Assembly (NCBI RefSeq): GCF_006345805.1
Contig: NC_043002.1
Coordinates: forward strand, 80,104,001 to 80,168,000
Length of the DNA: 64,000 bases
Source of the DNA: Octopus sinensis
Lineage: Eukaryota
Reading direction: 5' to 3'
Under the pieces are notes generated by a model, which was given only the letters and a program-made list of their open reading frames with translations, had not been told where the DNA came from and ran no database searches. Position 1 is the stretch's first letter. The number at the start of each line of letters is the position of its first letter. Positions 26,786-41,307 of the stretch are shown piece after piece. The translations under genes and the position numbers were made by a program.

Positions 26786-26988
26786 ACCTTTCTACTATAG
26801 GCACAAGAGGGAGGGTATGAGTCGATTACATCGATCCCAGTGCGTAACTGGTACTTAATTCATCGATCCCGAAAGGATGAAAGGCAAAGTCAACCTTGGC
26901 GGAATTTGAACTCAGAATGTAGCGACGGGCGAAATACCGCTAAGCATTTCGTCCAGCGTGCTAACGATCTGCCAACTTGCCGCCTTAC
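26786..26988 (-). mobile_element. SINE family C monomer
   Basis: Diagnostic body in reverse complement. Confidence 0.8.
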
Positions 26989-27659
26989 ACATATGGTATA
27001 AAACCGAAAAAGAGTAGAGAACATAGCTACGTATTGTCTCGATAGTCAAACAACAGCTAAAATAAAATATTGATGCTCTTATAAATGAGGGATCTTGGAT
27101 GTCACTTCAGCTATGAATAACAGTTTACAAAATAAAGGGTTAAAACGACACTGGACCAATAAAATGAGGAAAGCTAACAATAGAAACGGAACCCTGAACT
27201 TACTGCAAACCGGATTCGTGATAGCTTAACACTAAATGACCTTTCGGAATTCCAGTCGATTTAAAATAGATTCTTTAATCTTACAAGAAAGAAAGCATAT
27301 TTGTCTACATTTTCGACGCGAAGATAGAGTCAATGAGGAATGTTTTTTTCCTGTGTCTTTTGCTTTATCAGCCACTCGAATGCGGCCCAAAGCGTTGATG
27401 GACTTCCGTCGAATAACTAGCTAATATTATTTACTTATATATATATATATATATATATATGCAAAGTATGGGAGTTTAGTTCACAGGTGGTCTAAACGAT
27501 TAACGGTAAGTGCTGTAACGGATTACTAGGGCTCCAAGGTTAGCCGAGATGGTAGTTATTGCAGATTTCCAATGCAACAGTGGCTTAGCATATTTAAAAA
27601 GTCCGAAGATTAAAACTTGTGTTACTTACAAAATTAAGAACACAGTCTTCGTGGGAATG

Positions 27660-27820
27660 GCGATTTGACGTCTATGTTTAACAACTCGTCAGGTGTCGAA
27701 GTGATCGTAGACTTAAGGAGTTTTAATGAAGAGCACAACGCACCACACGGTATAGGAATTGAAGCCTCCATTTCACAGTTGTGAATGCAATGCCCAAATC
27801 ACTAAGTAATGTGTCCTCAC
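27660..27820 (-). mobile_element. SINE family F fragment
   Basis: GTGTCGAAGTGATCG and head homology to 56880-57167. Confidence 0.55.
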
Positions 27821-27856
<36 letters not shown>

Positions 27857-28118
27857 CACTGTGACTGACCAGGGTGTCAGATGTTGCTACACATCGCTGG
27901 TCACAATGCGCTTCGCATTGTTTTAGCAGGACAAGAGAAGAACGAGTGAGAGAAAGTTGTGACGAAAGAGTACAGCAGGATCCCCCCCTTGCCGGAGCCT
28001 TGTGGAAGTTTAGGTGTTTTCGCTCAATAAACACTCACAACGCCTAGTCTGGTAATCGAAACCGCGATCCTACAATCGCGAGTCCGCTGACCTAACCACT
28101 GGGCCATTGCCCCTCCAC
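27857..28118 (-). mobile_element. SINE with family A head and a different 3' body (A')
   Basis: 28118-~27945 matches the A head; 27857-27940 does not match the A tail. Confidence 0.75.
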
Positions 28119-28124
28119 ATCTAT

Positions 28125-28158
<34 letters not shown>

Positions 28159-28664
28159 CACACACACACATATATATATATATATAAGAGTGTGTGTATG
28201 TATGCGTCTATGTATTCTGTTATTCAGTTTTTCTGCAATGCATTTCAGTCATATATACACACATATGCATTTGCATGAGGATGAACGGACAAGCAAGGAT
28301 ACGATGAGAGGGCAAAAGCGAATGAGCGAGCGAGACGAAGAGAGTGAAGGGGTGGGACGCGAGACAGATAGATAGATAGATAGATAGAGAGAGGGCTAGA
28401 AAAAGAGAAAGAGAGAGAGAGAGAAAGAAAGAGAGGGAGGAAGGGAGACAACGTGAGAGGTTGAGACAGGTGAGAAGATATGTTTTGACTAGAAGACTAT
28501 GGATACGTGGTGGGGGAGTACACAAATGGAGGCAAATTGATAAATCGAGAGAAATGATGATATTCACCTTGAGCGAACATCAAACATTATGGAGGACACA
28601 AAATAAGGGAGTAATCAGAATGAATAAAGTGAGATGCCCTACAGCACAACGACACTGGTGTGTA

Positions 28665-28706
<42 letters not shown>

Positions 28707-28971
28707 AATCTGTGCGGTATGTGTATGTATATATGAGGGTGGGGGTGTATATATATGTATTTCTTTATATATGTATATATATATATACATACATTCGTAC
28801 GCACAATTTATGTATTAATATATATTATATATTTATATATATATACACATATATATATGAAGATGGAGAGAATAGATTGATAGATGGGTAAATAGATAGT
28901 GCGATACTTAGATATAGTTTAATATACATGTATATAAAGGTATACACACACACCACACACACACACCACAC

Positions 28972-29002
<31 letters not shown>

Positions 29003-29058
29003 TACATATATATATATATAAGGTGTATGCGTATACACACACACGCATATATATATAA

Positions 29059-29089
<31 letters not shown>

Positions 29090-30856
29090 CTAGCCGCGCA
29101 CACACGCGCGCGTACGCACACAAACTCAAACACACACATACACACACATATATATATATACATGTATGTATATACGAATGTATATGAGCGAATGTGTGTG
29201 CGTGTATGTGTGTCTATATACATATGCTGCTACTAATGGTCGTATCTAAAAATAGCTTGCAAATGAAAATTAGAGGCTTGTGTACGCATGTGGCTGTATG
29301 TGTATGTGTGTGTGTGTGTGAGTGTGTGTGTGTGTTAGTGTAATTGTCCGAGCGCTACAATGTGTGCGCTTGTGTTTGCGCAAATCGTATTGACAAGTTC
29401 AATGGGAAACCTAACAACAATGAGCGCTCGAGGCTAATAACATGTATATAAATATTACATACATATATGTGTGCGCAGGTGCGGGAATATTTGCGTGTGC
29501 GCGCACGTGGTGTATGTGTTTGGTTGAGAATGTCTGTCTCTCCATGTATTGTATGTATCTATGTATGTAAGTATGCTCGTATGTATGTATGTATGTATAT
29601 AGGAATAAATGTATATTTTGCATATGTCCAAAAATAGGGACTTTCTCTCTATGAATGTCTGCAAAGAACAGGTTTCGAAGCGACAATGTTCCAGAATTAA
29701 TTCTTACCTCAAATAACCATAATTCAAAGGCTCCTTTCTACTGTAATGGTTCTCCCCTTGCAGGCATTCTTCTCTTCTTTCTTCTATTCTTGCCTAACTT
29801 TTATTCGTTATTTATATTTTTAAAATTTTCTTCTTTCTTCAGTATTTATCTATGTCTCTCAATGTCTCTATGTCTGAAAGTCTCAAAAATATCACCGCCT
29901 AAATATCGCTATTTCTAACATTCCCTCTCTCCCTCTTTATATATATGTGTGTGTGTACATGTGTGTTTGTGTGTGTGTATGTGTGTGTGTACATGTGTGT
30001 TTGTGTGTGTGTATGTGTGTGCGTGTGTGTGTGTATAGTGTGTGCATGTAGTGTGCATGTAGTGTGTCTGTGTGTATTTGTATGTGATGAAGTTTGCTTT
30101 ACGAACAGTTAGTTCCAGGTTCAATCCCACTGCATAGCACCTAGAGCAGGTGTCTTCTACTTTAGCCTCGGGCCGAACAAAAATTTTTGTGAATGGATTT
30201 AGTAGACGGAAACTGAAAGAAGCCCGTCGTAGAGATACACGTGTATATGTTTAAATGGGTAAAGACCGTTTGCTTTTTTGCTGTAGATAGCAAAAAGGAA
30301 AAAGGAAAAAGCAAGTCAAGAGGACAATAATTGTTGTAAATGTACCAATGGGTAAATGTTTCTCAATTGTCTGGTTAGATATTATCTTTCATCTTTTACT
30401 TGTTTCAGTCATTTGACTGCGGCCATACTGTGGCACCACCTTGAAAGGCTTTTAGTCGAACAAATCGACCCCAGCTCTTACATTTTACTTAAGCCTAGTA
30501 CTTATTCTATCGATATATTTTACCGAACCGCTACGTTGCGCAGACGTCAACACACTAACACCGGTTATCAACCAGCGGTGGGAGAGAAACACATGCACAA
30601 ATACATTCACGCATATATATATATATATATATGTATATCTTTATCTATCTATCTATCTATCAATATATCTATCTATCTATCTGTCTCTCTTCTCTCTCTC
30701 TCTCCCTTTCTCTCTCTCTATATATGTGCATATATATATGTATATATATATATATAAATATATACACATATATGTATATATGTATGTATATAGTTTGTAG
30801 AAGACATAAAGCCGGAGAAGCACAATCTAAGATGCGGAGCAGTTCATAATTTAATT

Positions 30857-31403
30857 GGGATCGCCGGTTTATGTAATTACCTTGGGTTTCCTGCCCATAA
30901 AGGATTTAGCTTTATGGCGTATCGTCAGAACCCAAAACGTGTTGGCCTCATACTTCTTTAAAATATGGAGGAGGAAAAGCCTCGCTACGAAGGTAAACCA
31001 TAGGGGATTATTTCCCTTTGCCATCGGGTATCGACTTTCGGCAGTGCCGACATCTGCCGATTCCAAAATGCTAGCATAAAATGTAAACATGGATCGAGAA
31101 TCCTAAAAGTCTCGCTCAAATCAGGGAGAATCCTTAACTTCACAAGTCAAATTTTTTGGACATGTTTACATATTAGGAAATTCCTGCTAGCGTTTGGAGT
31201 CTGCAACATGACGGTACACCGGAAGTCGACAGCCAATGACGAAGGGAGATAATCACCTATTGTGTACCTTTGTAGCGAGGCGTTTCCCACTCCATATTTG
31301 GAAGAGGTCTTAGGACTAAATGTTTTGTGGTCTGATGATACGCCATATAGAAAAAAAAAGCTTTATGGACGAGAACCTAGTGTAATCTCATAAAGCGCCC
31401 TCC
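30857..31403. mobile_element. Old ~545 bp foldback/palindromic element
   Basis: 30857-~31092 aligns with the reverse complement of ~31158-31403 (e.g. AAATATGGAG..GGAAA.GCCTCGCTAC.AAGGTA.AC.ATAGG.GATTAT.TCCCTT); many substitutions. Confidence 0.8.
30877..30938 (-). ncRNA. Hammerhead-like motif in the left arm (partly decayed)
   Basis: CUGACGA-UACG-CCAUAAAG/CUUUAUGG (8 bp)-GCAG-GAAA-CC caa GG-UA; stem I and the stem II junction pair poorly. Confidence 0.35.
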
Positions 31404-31511
31404 ATTAATATATATATACATTATATATATAGATATATATATATTATAGTATACATATATATGTATACACTATACGTATAATATATGTATGTATGTGGTG
31501 TATATAATATT

Positions 31512-31603
<92 letters not shown>

Positions 31604-31628
31604 TCTAGATGTATATGTATATATATAA

Positions 31629-31676
<48 letters not shown>

Positions 31677-31970
31677 CGATGCCGAGATTGAAGATTAGGT
31701 TTCATCCTCCCAGGAGTCAAAACAATAATGTACCTTTCATATAAAGTGGTCCATTCAATCTACTATCACTACTACTACTACTGCTACTACTACTACTACG
31801 ACTACTACTACTACTATACTACTACTACTACTACTACTACTACTACAACCCATAGCAAAGACTTGCCCTTGTGCAAATGCCAATATCCGTTGCTGGCGTT
31901 GGTATTGTTTCCACTGTTAGTACTGGTAGAATGAATTTATTTTACTGCTGTAATGATATATTATAATATG

Positions 31971-32015
<45 letters not shown>

Positions 32016-32951
32016 TATATATATATCAGTATATGTATATATATATAAATACACACCGCACACAACACACATATATATGTATGTATGTAATATATTATAT
32101 ATATTATATATATTATATATATATATATACATATCTATACATGCATACATCTACTTACACACATAAACATATATGTAATATAATATATACAATATAGCGC
32201 TCAAATGCATACTACATACATACAGACAAACATATATACATGCATATATATATATATATATACACACACATACACACACACATACACACACATACACACA
32301 CACACGCACACGCACACACACACATATATATATATATATAGTTATATATAAAAATATATATGGCACTTCCCCCGCACATTCATTTCTCCCATTAACGATT
32401 TACCATTATTTATTCTTCAACAGTTTGCCTACCTACCTACCTATGCATTTATCATTCTCTATTTCAAGTGCCCGATTCAATTTTAATTGCCATGCTTCTC
32501 ATGGATCTTTCTGAGATACTTCGATATTATTCGATGCGCAGGCATGTTTTCCAATGATTTTTGTGTTCATCTTATTTTCTTTAATGGTGTATATTGGTTG
32601 GTTTCCACTTTATTTTCGATTCGTATTCATTTTTACGGTATAATGATACACAAGATATACTGACACACCCTCCTTATATATACATATGTGTGACTCTATA
32701 ATTACGATAATATGTGTGTGTGTTTGTGTCATACGTATAAGTATATATTATATATAATATATATAATATATATATATTATATATATATTATATATAACAC
32801 ATGCGTATGTGGACATAGATATGCAATTGTAACACACATATACATATGTATATAAATATGTATATCTATATATGCATGTTTTATATACTTGTTATATGTA
32901 TGCGCGCACCGTACATATATATACATCCATGTCAACATATGCAGACACATG

Positions 32952-32987
<36 letters not shown>

Positions 32988-33357
32988 AAGTATATTAATT
33001 TATCAATGGGTTTTTGAATGATTATATACACGTATAGGTGTACGTATTGGCATATAAAATGGAAGAGTCAATAATTACGACGCCTATTCTTCTATTTAAT
33101 GCCAGCTGATTGGTTTTTAATATCGGTTTGGTTATAAATCTACAGATATATTCGAATGCATCCTTGTGTTTTTCCAGAAGCATTTATTCTGGTCGAAATT
33201 GTTGAATTTTAAACAATATCTATGTTACTTTGATTACTAAGATATTTAGATTTTTGCAGCTTTATATACATACATATACATATGTATATAGATATAATGT
33301 ATATATATATTATATATTATCTATATATATATATATAATAATATATATATATATAAG

Positions 33358-33455
<98 letters not shown>

Positions 33456-33724
33456 CTATATATACGTAATATAAATATATATATATATATATGAAGGGTG
33501 AGATTAATTAATTTGAATATTATCAATTACACCAAGTAGTTTCGGCATGTAAAAGCCTATTCGAGGGAAATTAAGTAATACTAAGCAATAAAGGGTTTAG
33601 CAACGAATTGCCTTACACAGACCGAATTTAGAAATAGCAGTCAAGAGTTATAGCTATTTCTTCTACTAAAAAGGGGATCTCAGTAATATGCATATATATT
33701 CATACATACATACATACAAATACA

Positions 33725-33767
<43 letters not shown>

Positions 33768-33799
33768 ATATAATAGGCTGTATTTTTCTTTATATCTCA

Positions 33800-35460
33800 A
33801 TATTGACCACGATAAAAGTGTAAAAACATGCATGAATGTCTCTGAAAAACTGTCAAAAAAATTATTCCATCAAATTTTCTCTGTAGGTTATTGAGATTTG
33901 TGTTACAAAGTAACACAATGAAATTTCGACAGAAATTTTACCACCAGCCGAGTGGTTGCGCCATGGGTACTCCTATGGCAGTTAATTTCGCTAATGTCTT
34001 CATTACGAAATTCGAGACACAGTTACTGAAAACATTCAAATCCCTACATGGTCATGAACCAAATCTCTGGTTTCGGTTCATTGATGAGGGGTTCTTTTTT
34101 TCAGGGAAGGATCGCAGAATAGTTTGATTCACTTCTTGCATTTCTGAGACTGTTATGCTAAAAACTATGGCTTTAAGTTCAAAATAAAATTTACGTGTGG
34201 TCTTTCAAAAATCAGCGTTGAATTTGTGGATACAAAAGTTAAGTTTTCTGGAGGAAGAATAGTGACAGAGTTATTTTGCAAGCCCACGTCATCCCACATT
34301 TACCTCCACCGCCACTCCGGTCATCCGCATCATATAATTCGGTCAAATCCGAAATCTCAATTTTTTAAGACAAAACAGATGTGTACTGATATAGGGGATT
34401 ACTGGAGACATGCAAACACTTCTGTACACCATTATGACAAACGCGGTTACAGTGCATCACGATTAATGGAAATAGCAAATGAGATAGCTAAGATTAGCAA
34501 AGAAATTCAAACCTTCACGCATAATTTTAGCAAACACAGTGCACTATGTGACAGAATTCCTTTAGTGATTAGCTGGCACCAAATTTCGAGGGTATTACAA
34601 AGTGTTGCATGAAAGTTACCAGTATGTTGCGGGAAAGTATCCTGGTTTCAAAGAGATATTTCCTCAGCCATCTATTGTAGACATTAGACGGAATAAATAT
34701 ATAAGAGATCTATTGACCACTATTTCTAACTCAAAGAAAACTAACATTGGAGTATCTGCATGCTGTTGCCTTGAAAAACAGCCGCAGGAGAGGTAAGCCC
34801 TATTCATTGTGCAACAATATGAGTCAAGTGAATTCCATCAAGGATCCTAACGGAAATTTTATGATTTATACAAAAGGAATGATATGTAGAGGTTCCTATT
34901 TGGTGTACGCGGTAGAATGCACGAAACGCAACTTGATTTATGTTGGTTGAAAAACAGAGCAATTAGACAAAAGATTTATTGGCCCAGATATGATGTCAGG
35001 CACGATAACAGTAGTTCGACATAACTTGCCAAGCATTTTGTTTCAAACGGCTGCAATTTTGAAAAAGACTTGAAAGTGCATATTCTCAGAAAATATTCTG
35101 ACTCTGCTTCCATTTCAATACTCAAAATGCATGAGGAGAAATATGTTTGCGGGTTATTAAGATTACGCCCTGGAAGAATGAATAAAATGACAGGAGAATA
35201 TCATCAATTTACACAAAATTGTTTGATCGAATATTCTTTTTCCTTTCCTTTTTTTCTCGCTTTTATTCTGTTTTTTTTTTTTTCGCCTGTTATAAAATTG
35301 AAACTTAAATTCTGATGACGTCATTCCATCAACTTGTGGACGCTGGTTGCTCTCGTTGATACTTTAGATTTGAATTTGTATAATTTTGTATTTTTGTCAC
35401 TTCTATTTTGAACTCGGCAAAGAGGCTTTCTGTCGAAATATCGTTCAACCAATAAAATAT
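33800..35460 (+). mobile_element. Decayed Penelope-like retroelement (RT + GIY-YIG endonuclease)
   Basis: RT motifs FYHQPSGCAMGTPMAVNFANVF and WFRFIDE; thumb region TELFCKPT..HIYLHRHSGHP; GIY-YIG LVYAVECTKRNLIYVG; multiple frameshifts and stops; HHR-like terminus plus AATAAA at 35408-35456. Confidence 0.9.
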
Positions 35461-35585
35461 CTACTGCAATCGCATCACGCTCTTCGTCTTGTCTGTTTAC
35501 CTTTGCGAAGAGTTACGTCAATCCTTTTAAAATAATAACAACAACAACAACAACAATATTATTATTATCATTATTATTATTATTG

Positions 35586-36780
35586 TATGAAAACTCACAA
35601 CTTATTTTCCTGGGTATGATGGAAAGTGTCAGATGTCCACAGCCAGCAGACTAAGATGACACTTGCTTACTGGTCATGCTTCAAGAACCATGCGAAGAAT
35701 TTTCTGCAGTTCCAAGCTATGCTGATTTTTGTAGGTGTTCTACTTTCACACTTGCACCGATCTTTTTCAGCCATGTTGGTAGTTGAGTGCTGATACTTCC
35801 AAGTGCACCAATTACTATTGGTATCACGTCTACGCTTTTTGTTGACCACAACATTCGTATTTCCTACTTCAAATCGTCATAGTTGTTTATTTTTCTTCTT
35901 CTTTTACATTGATCCTGTTGTCACCTGAGCACGCGATGTCAATTATCATATATTTTCTTTCGTTTTTATTCACCACAACAATGTCCGGTTTCCGATGTCT
36001 GGTCAGGTGATCGCACAGGATCATTGTATCCCACAGGATTTTGCAATTCTCATTTTCGGTGACTCCTGCTGGAGTTTGCTCACATCACGTATCTGCTCTT
36101 TGTAAGTCGAGATTTCCACAGAGTTCCCAATGGATCATTCTTGCCTCCTTATCATGGCGTCTTTTGTATTCGCGTTTTGCCAATCTCGGGCATTCGCTAA
36201 CGATGTGCCATACCGTTTCACCCTTCTCACAACACATTCTGCATTTGTCGTTATCAGTAGTGTTGTCTATTCTGCACTTCATATAATTGGTCTTCAACGC
36301 TTGTTCCTTAGCTGCGCATATGAGTGCTTCTGTCTCTATTTGCAGGCCACTACCCCTCATCCATAGCCACCGGTCATCTGCATCAGGCTTGGTATTCGCA
36401 TCTCTTGCAAACAGACCGTACATTTTCTCTTCCTTCCATGCTTTTTCTTTTCTTTTGTTTATTTCTTGTTTAAATTTTTCTTTGTTTACACAATTTTCAG
36501 TTTTGATGACGCCGGCCTTTTTTAAATATCACTCTAGGCTGTTTTCCTCTGCTTCGATACAGCCCTGACAACTGATCAAACCTCTCCCACCAATTCTTCT
36601 GGACAAGTACAGCCTATCAGTGTCACTTTTAGGGTGGAAGGTTCCGTGTACTGTCAACATTTTTTTCTGGTCTTGGTATCCATTTTCTTTTCATTTCTCT
36701 CTTTTACCAATTTATAATTCCCGCTCCATACCTTAAGTGATGCTATCGCCCATGTATTAACTGCTTGGATTTCATTCCAT
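35586..36780 (-). mobile_element. Decayed R4/Dong-like RLE LINE 3' portion
   Basis: FHPKSDTDRLYLSRRIGGRGL; CCHC finger KCRMCCEKGETVWHIVSEC followed by RRHD; RLE region; (AAT)n tail at ~35565-35585. Confidence 0.9.
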
Positions 36781-37834
36781 CCAGTCAATACCTCGAACTC
36801 AATTATTCTGGTTCATTAAAATGGGGCGTGAATGTGTGTGTGTTGGTCAAGGAGGGATTGAAAATGGGTAGTATAAAGGGTCGTTTCTGCATATGTGAAA
36901 TAAAATGAATTTCAAGATTCCCATCACATTCTTGAGGGAAATGCTTTCGTCTTGAGCTTTAACGTGTGGCGAGCAAAATGGCAAGAGATACGTACTAAAT
37001 CTACCTCATATCACAAACTACAGTATTGAAAAAGAGGAACACGTTGTCCCATGAGTGGAATGTGCTTAATAATATAGGTCTGCTTCTTCAGAGTTGATGT
37101 GGGACTAAACAATAGTAAAAGCAATATTGGTCACGTTATTTACAGAATATTATGTAAAGTTTGCCTCAAAACTCAGGATAGAATATTCTATGGTGGTAGC
37201 CATTTTCTTTGATGTAGATACGATTTCTTTTTTAGAATTTCTGACTTCTACAAACATTCATATTTGCGTCGCCCAAATGCAGGACTTCAGACTGAAGGAA
37301 CCAATAATGTTATCTGGGTTGTATCGCAATATTGAAACTCCCAATGTATTTCGTATCACCACATTGTTTTTATCATTGTTGCGATGTCTATGTTTAGCTG
37401 CAGGACTGATCGAGCTTATACGTAAACAAATATCAGAAACGTTCCAGTCGTGACCTTCCCATCTTATCACGCACAATAGAAAAATCTAAGACAAGATTAT
37501 TCACTGCGACCTGTCTTTTTAGGACAGTACCATGTGATTTGAGCAACATTAGCGTGCTACTTTTAGGCAGGGCAAGCGACCACTTAGTAACTTCCTTTTT
37601 TAGGGTTTTGTATACCATAACCCTATCAAAAATTATCAGAAACCAATGAAACAAATACTTCAGGAATGAGAATACGCGTCTTCATCTTAAAACAGCTGGA
37701 CCCCTTCGCCAACAGAATAGGACCACCTTAAAGACCAGGGCTTCAATCTAATTAACCATATTCAGTTTCGACGCCATAAGAATCACACTCTTAGTAGGGT
37801 AGAATAGAATATTTCACTAGACTAAAAAGATAAT

Positions 37835-38146
37835 GATCCCCTTCGGTCATGAATGACCATGGGATTACACTCCGAGGCAAAAAGTTACCCTCCGAGGCAA
37901 ACTCCGAGCAAGGCTGTTTATGGAAGACCAGCAGTTGTCCATGCACAACAGTCTCCTCTCTCCGCGCCACTGGTGTTATTCAAGGGAAAGTGAAGACACC
38001 AGTGACGTCGCAACTCATTTCTACAGCTGTGTGCACTGGAGTAACGGGAAGTAAAGTGTATTGCTCAAGAACACAATGCCCATCCCGGTCCGGGAATCGA
38101 ACTCTCTACCTCATGACTGTGAGCCCGACACTCTAACCACTGAGCC
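37835..38146 (-). mobile_element. SINE family D
   Basis: Matches 20396-20717; B-box-like GAGTTCGATTCCC on the minus strand. Confidence 0.85.
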
Positions 38147-38313
38147 GACTACAAACCTGATTTTTTAAAGGTTCTATTTATCTTTTACTATGTCTGTTTA
38201 TTACCAGACATTTGTTTAAATACTAAGGTCTGCCTTGTGAATATTTCTTTCTGTAAGTTTGAATAATACCATGTCGGTATTTCGAGCTAAGAGAAAACAT
38301 CACGGTGTAATAG

Positions 38314-38518
38314 TTACTCTTTTACTTGTTTCAGTCATTTGACTGCGGCCATACTGGAGCACCGCCTTTAGTCGAGCAAATCGACACCAGGACTTATTAT
38401 TTCTAAGCTTAGTACTTATTCTATCGGTCTCTTTTGCAGAACCGCTAAGTTACGGGGACGTAAACACACCAGCATCAGTTGTCAAGCGATGTTTGGGGAG
38501 AAACACAGACACACAAAC

Positions 38519-38565
<47 letters not shown>

Positions 38566-38733
38566 AATACAACGGGCTTCTTTCAGTTTCCGTCTACCAA
38601 ATCCACTCACAAGGCTTTGGTCGACCCAAGACTATAGTAGAAGACACTTGCCCAAGGTGCCACGCAGTGTGACTGAACGCGGAACCATGTGGTTGGTAAG
38701 CAAGCTACTTACCACTCAGCCACTCCAACGCCT
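38314..38733 (-). mobile_element. Full-length SINE family B
   Basis: Near-consensus match to 52374-52790. Confidence 0.9.
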
Positions 38734-40784
38734 ACGTAGGAGTTATCTATACAACAATTTCCTGGCACAATCTAAATGGAAACGCTTTGAAATTGGTATC
38801 ATGGAACCAGTGGCGATCGATCTCGGAGCAGGTTGGTAGGGAAAGGTTTCTCAAGTATTGTACTCATAGAACGGGTTCCCGATATCACTTCGCCATTCCG
38901 AATCGGCAATCATGGTTGAAATACTGTCATTTAAATGAGTTAATCATTTTGCGAAGAATTAGAAGCGGAAAACTAAGAAAGAAAAGGCGGCGGCGGCGGC
39001 GGAGGAGGATAACGGAGGAATACGAGGAGGAGGAGGAGGAGGCGAAGGAGGAGGCGGAGGCGGAGGAGGCCGACGACGACGACGACTACGAGGAGGAAAG
39101 AGATAAATAACTAAATTAATGTATCACAGAAAATTAAATCTTTCACCTTTACTTTACGCGTCTTGTCACTATACACAACCAAACCAATATATATACATGC
39201 ATGTATATATATATATATATATATATGTGTATTATAGCCACAGTCGCATTGTGAGACGTATATGTTAACATATGCATGTACGTAGGCGCACTGCACTATC
39301 TCCTTTTATTTTGCCATGATGTATAAGAAGGTCGATAACTAATACTTAGGCAAAACAAACTAACGACACATCAATAAATCTAATATGTTTATCTGCTTTG
39401 ATTTTAAAATCATTTGAGTTAATTTTGCAACCCCGCCATCTCCGATTTTTCCCCACCAATACCCTTCCCCAGAACAACACACACGAGCACACATACGCAC
39501 GCACGCACACGAACACACGCGCAAACACACACACATACACACAAACACACGCATGCACACACACACACACTTGCGCATTTATAAACATTCAATGTGTATG
39601 TCTGCGTATGTATGCATATATATATACGTGTATGCATATATATGACATGTACATTTATTACATATATATGTATATATGTATTCAAATATATGTATATATA
39701 TATATATAATATATATAATATATATATATATATACATATATACATATATACATACAGATATATATATAGTTACGTATGTGTATGCATGTATATGTCATAT
39801 ATATATATATATGCATATGTGTATATATATATATGTGTGTGTATGTATATACATATATATGTATAAATACATGCGTACATCTATATATATTCATATAAAT
39901 GTATGCATTCAAACATATACATATTTTGACACATATACACCCACAAAATTACGCACATACACACATACACACACATACCCCTCACCCTATCCCACCCCAC
40001 CACACACGTCTTGTCTATCATCTCTTATCATCTGCTACCGTTTCTATCAATTTGATATGGTGAAAATGCCAAGGAAACAACAGTAATTTCCAAGATATCT
40101 TTAAAACTTAGAAGTTATCGGCTTTCTATTTCCCTAATTATGAGCTCCGAGCTAAAATCACTCAAATTAAGCTTGCCAACAGATCGTTTATCCCCCTTCA
40201 TCCACCCATTAGTAACCTCACGAAACCCAAACCAAACTCCAAAGAAGCAGCCGTATTTCCGAAGATCTTGAAAGAAAAGTTGATAGATTCTTGCTTTGTT
40301 TTCTTCGATATGTGTCTAATCACACAATCGTGATTAGATATTGTTTCCATCGTGTATATTTGTCATTCCTTTAACGATATCGAGACATTGATTATTATTA
40401 ACCCATTTTCGTTCCGGAATTGAGAAGCCACCCACCAACTCAACCCAAGCTATCTTACCACCATTCGATGAAGCAACCACAACTACTAATAACTCCAGCA
40501 ACAACAATATCACTAATAACGAAGATAACGACAAAAACAACAACAACAAAAACGAAAATCAGAACAACGGAACAGCAACTACAACAACAAAATTTAGAAC
40601 AACGTATTTGCAATATCGGCTGATTTATTTACGCGTGTGTCTCATTATTGACTGAAGGGCTCCTCATCAGGAAATATAACCAAATAGAATGTTCACCTTA
40701 TTCACAACGGCACATTTCTCCTGTTTATTTAAGCAAATATTTGGGTATATATGAACATATATATACATATAAATGCATGTATAT

Positions 40785-40827
<43 letters not shown>

Positions 40828-40840
40828 CACACAGACACGT

Positions 40841-40871
<31 letters not shown>

Positions 40872-41065
40872 GTATATATATTTATACAGACACACACACA
40901 CGTATATATATATATATATATATATTATAATATATTATATATATATATAATATATATATAATATATATATATTATACACCACATACATATGTATATATAC
41001 ATATACATATATATGAATAAAAAATGGAGTTAACGCAGGTTTTTATTTAAACAAGTAGTATTTTT

Positions 41066-41152
41066 ACTTTCGACACATGTTTCGAAAATTCCACTGATAC
41101 TATTCAAAAGAATAAATGGTTTAAACAATGCCAATCTTCTCTTCGGGAAAGT
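41066..41152 (-). ncRNA. Minimal type I hammerhead motif (U4C variant), Penelope-type terminus
   Basis: ACUUUC-CCGAAGA-GAAGA..46 nt..UUUUC-GAAA-CA ug UG-UC|GAAAGU, AATAAA ~20 nt downstream; palindromic ACAUGU in stem III. Confidence 0.55.
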
Positions 41153-41307
41153 GAAAAAAACGAAACTCGTCAATACGACATTTTAGCAAATGTGAGATTT
41201 TGCTGCCCTGGTAACTATTTATTTATTTTTCCCTGTTAATTGTTAACAAGGTAAAAATACACTCATCTATTTATAATACATACATATATATATATACATA
41301 GAAATAT

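Noticed and set aside
31215-31245. Promoter-like cluster (CCGGAAGT, CCAAT, TGACG)
   Set aside because: Lies within the foldback element; no adjacent gene or transcript evidence.
33160-33220. HHR-like layout (CAGAAGC...GTCGAAA...AAACA)
   Set aside because: Two core substitutions and no stem II; at most a dead relic.
33525-33575. Minus-strand GGC/GCC-GAAA motif resembling a PLE hammerhead
   Set aside because: Core reads CTCGAATA and stem III is mismatched; too decayed to call.
37127-37453. 108 aa hydrophobic ORF
   Set aside because: No recognisable motif or splice context.
40625-40685. Minus-strand CTGATGA followed by AATAAA
   Set aside because: No GAAA after a closable stem II.
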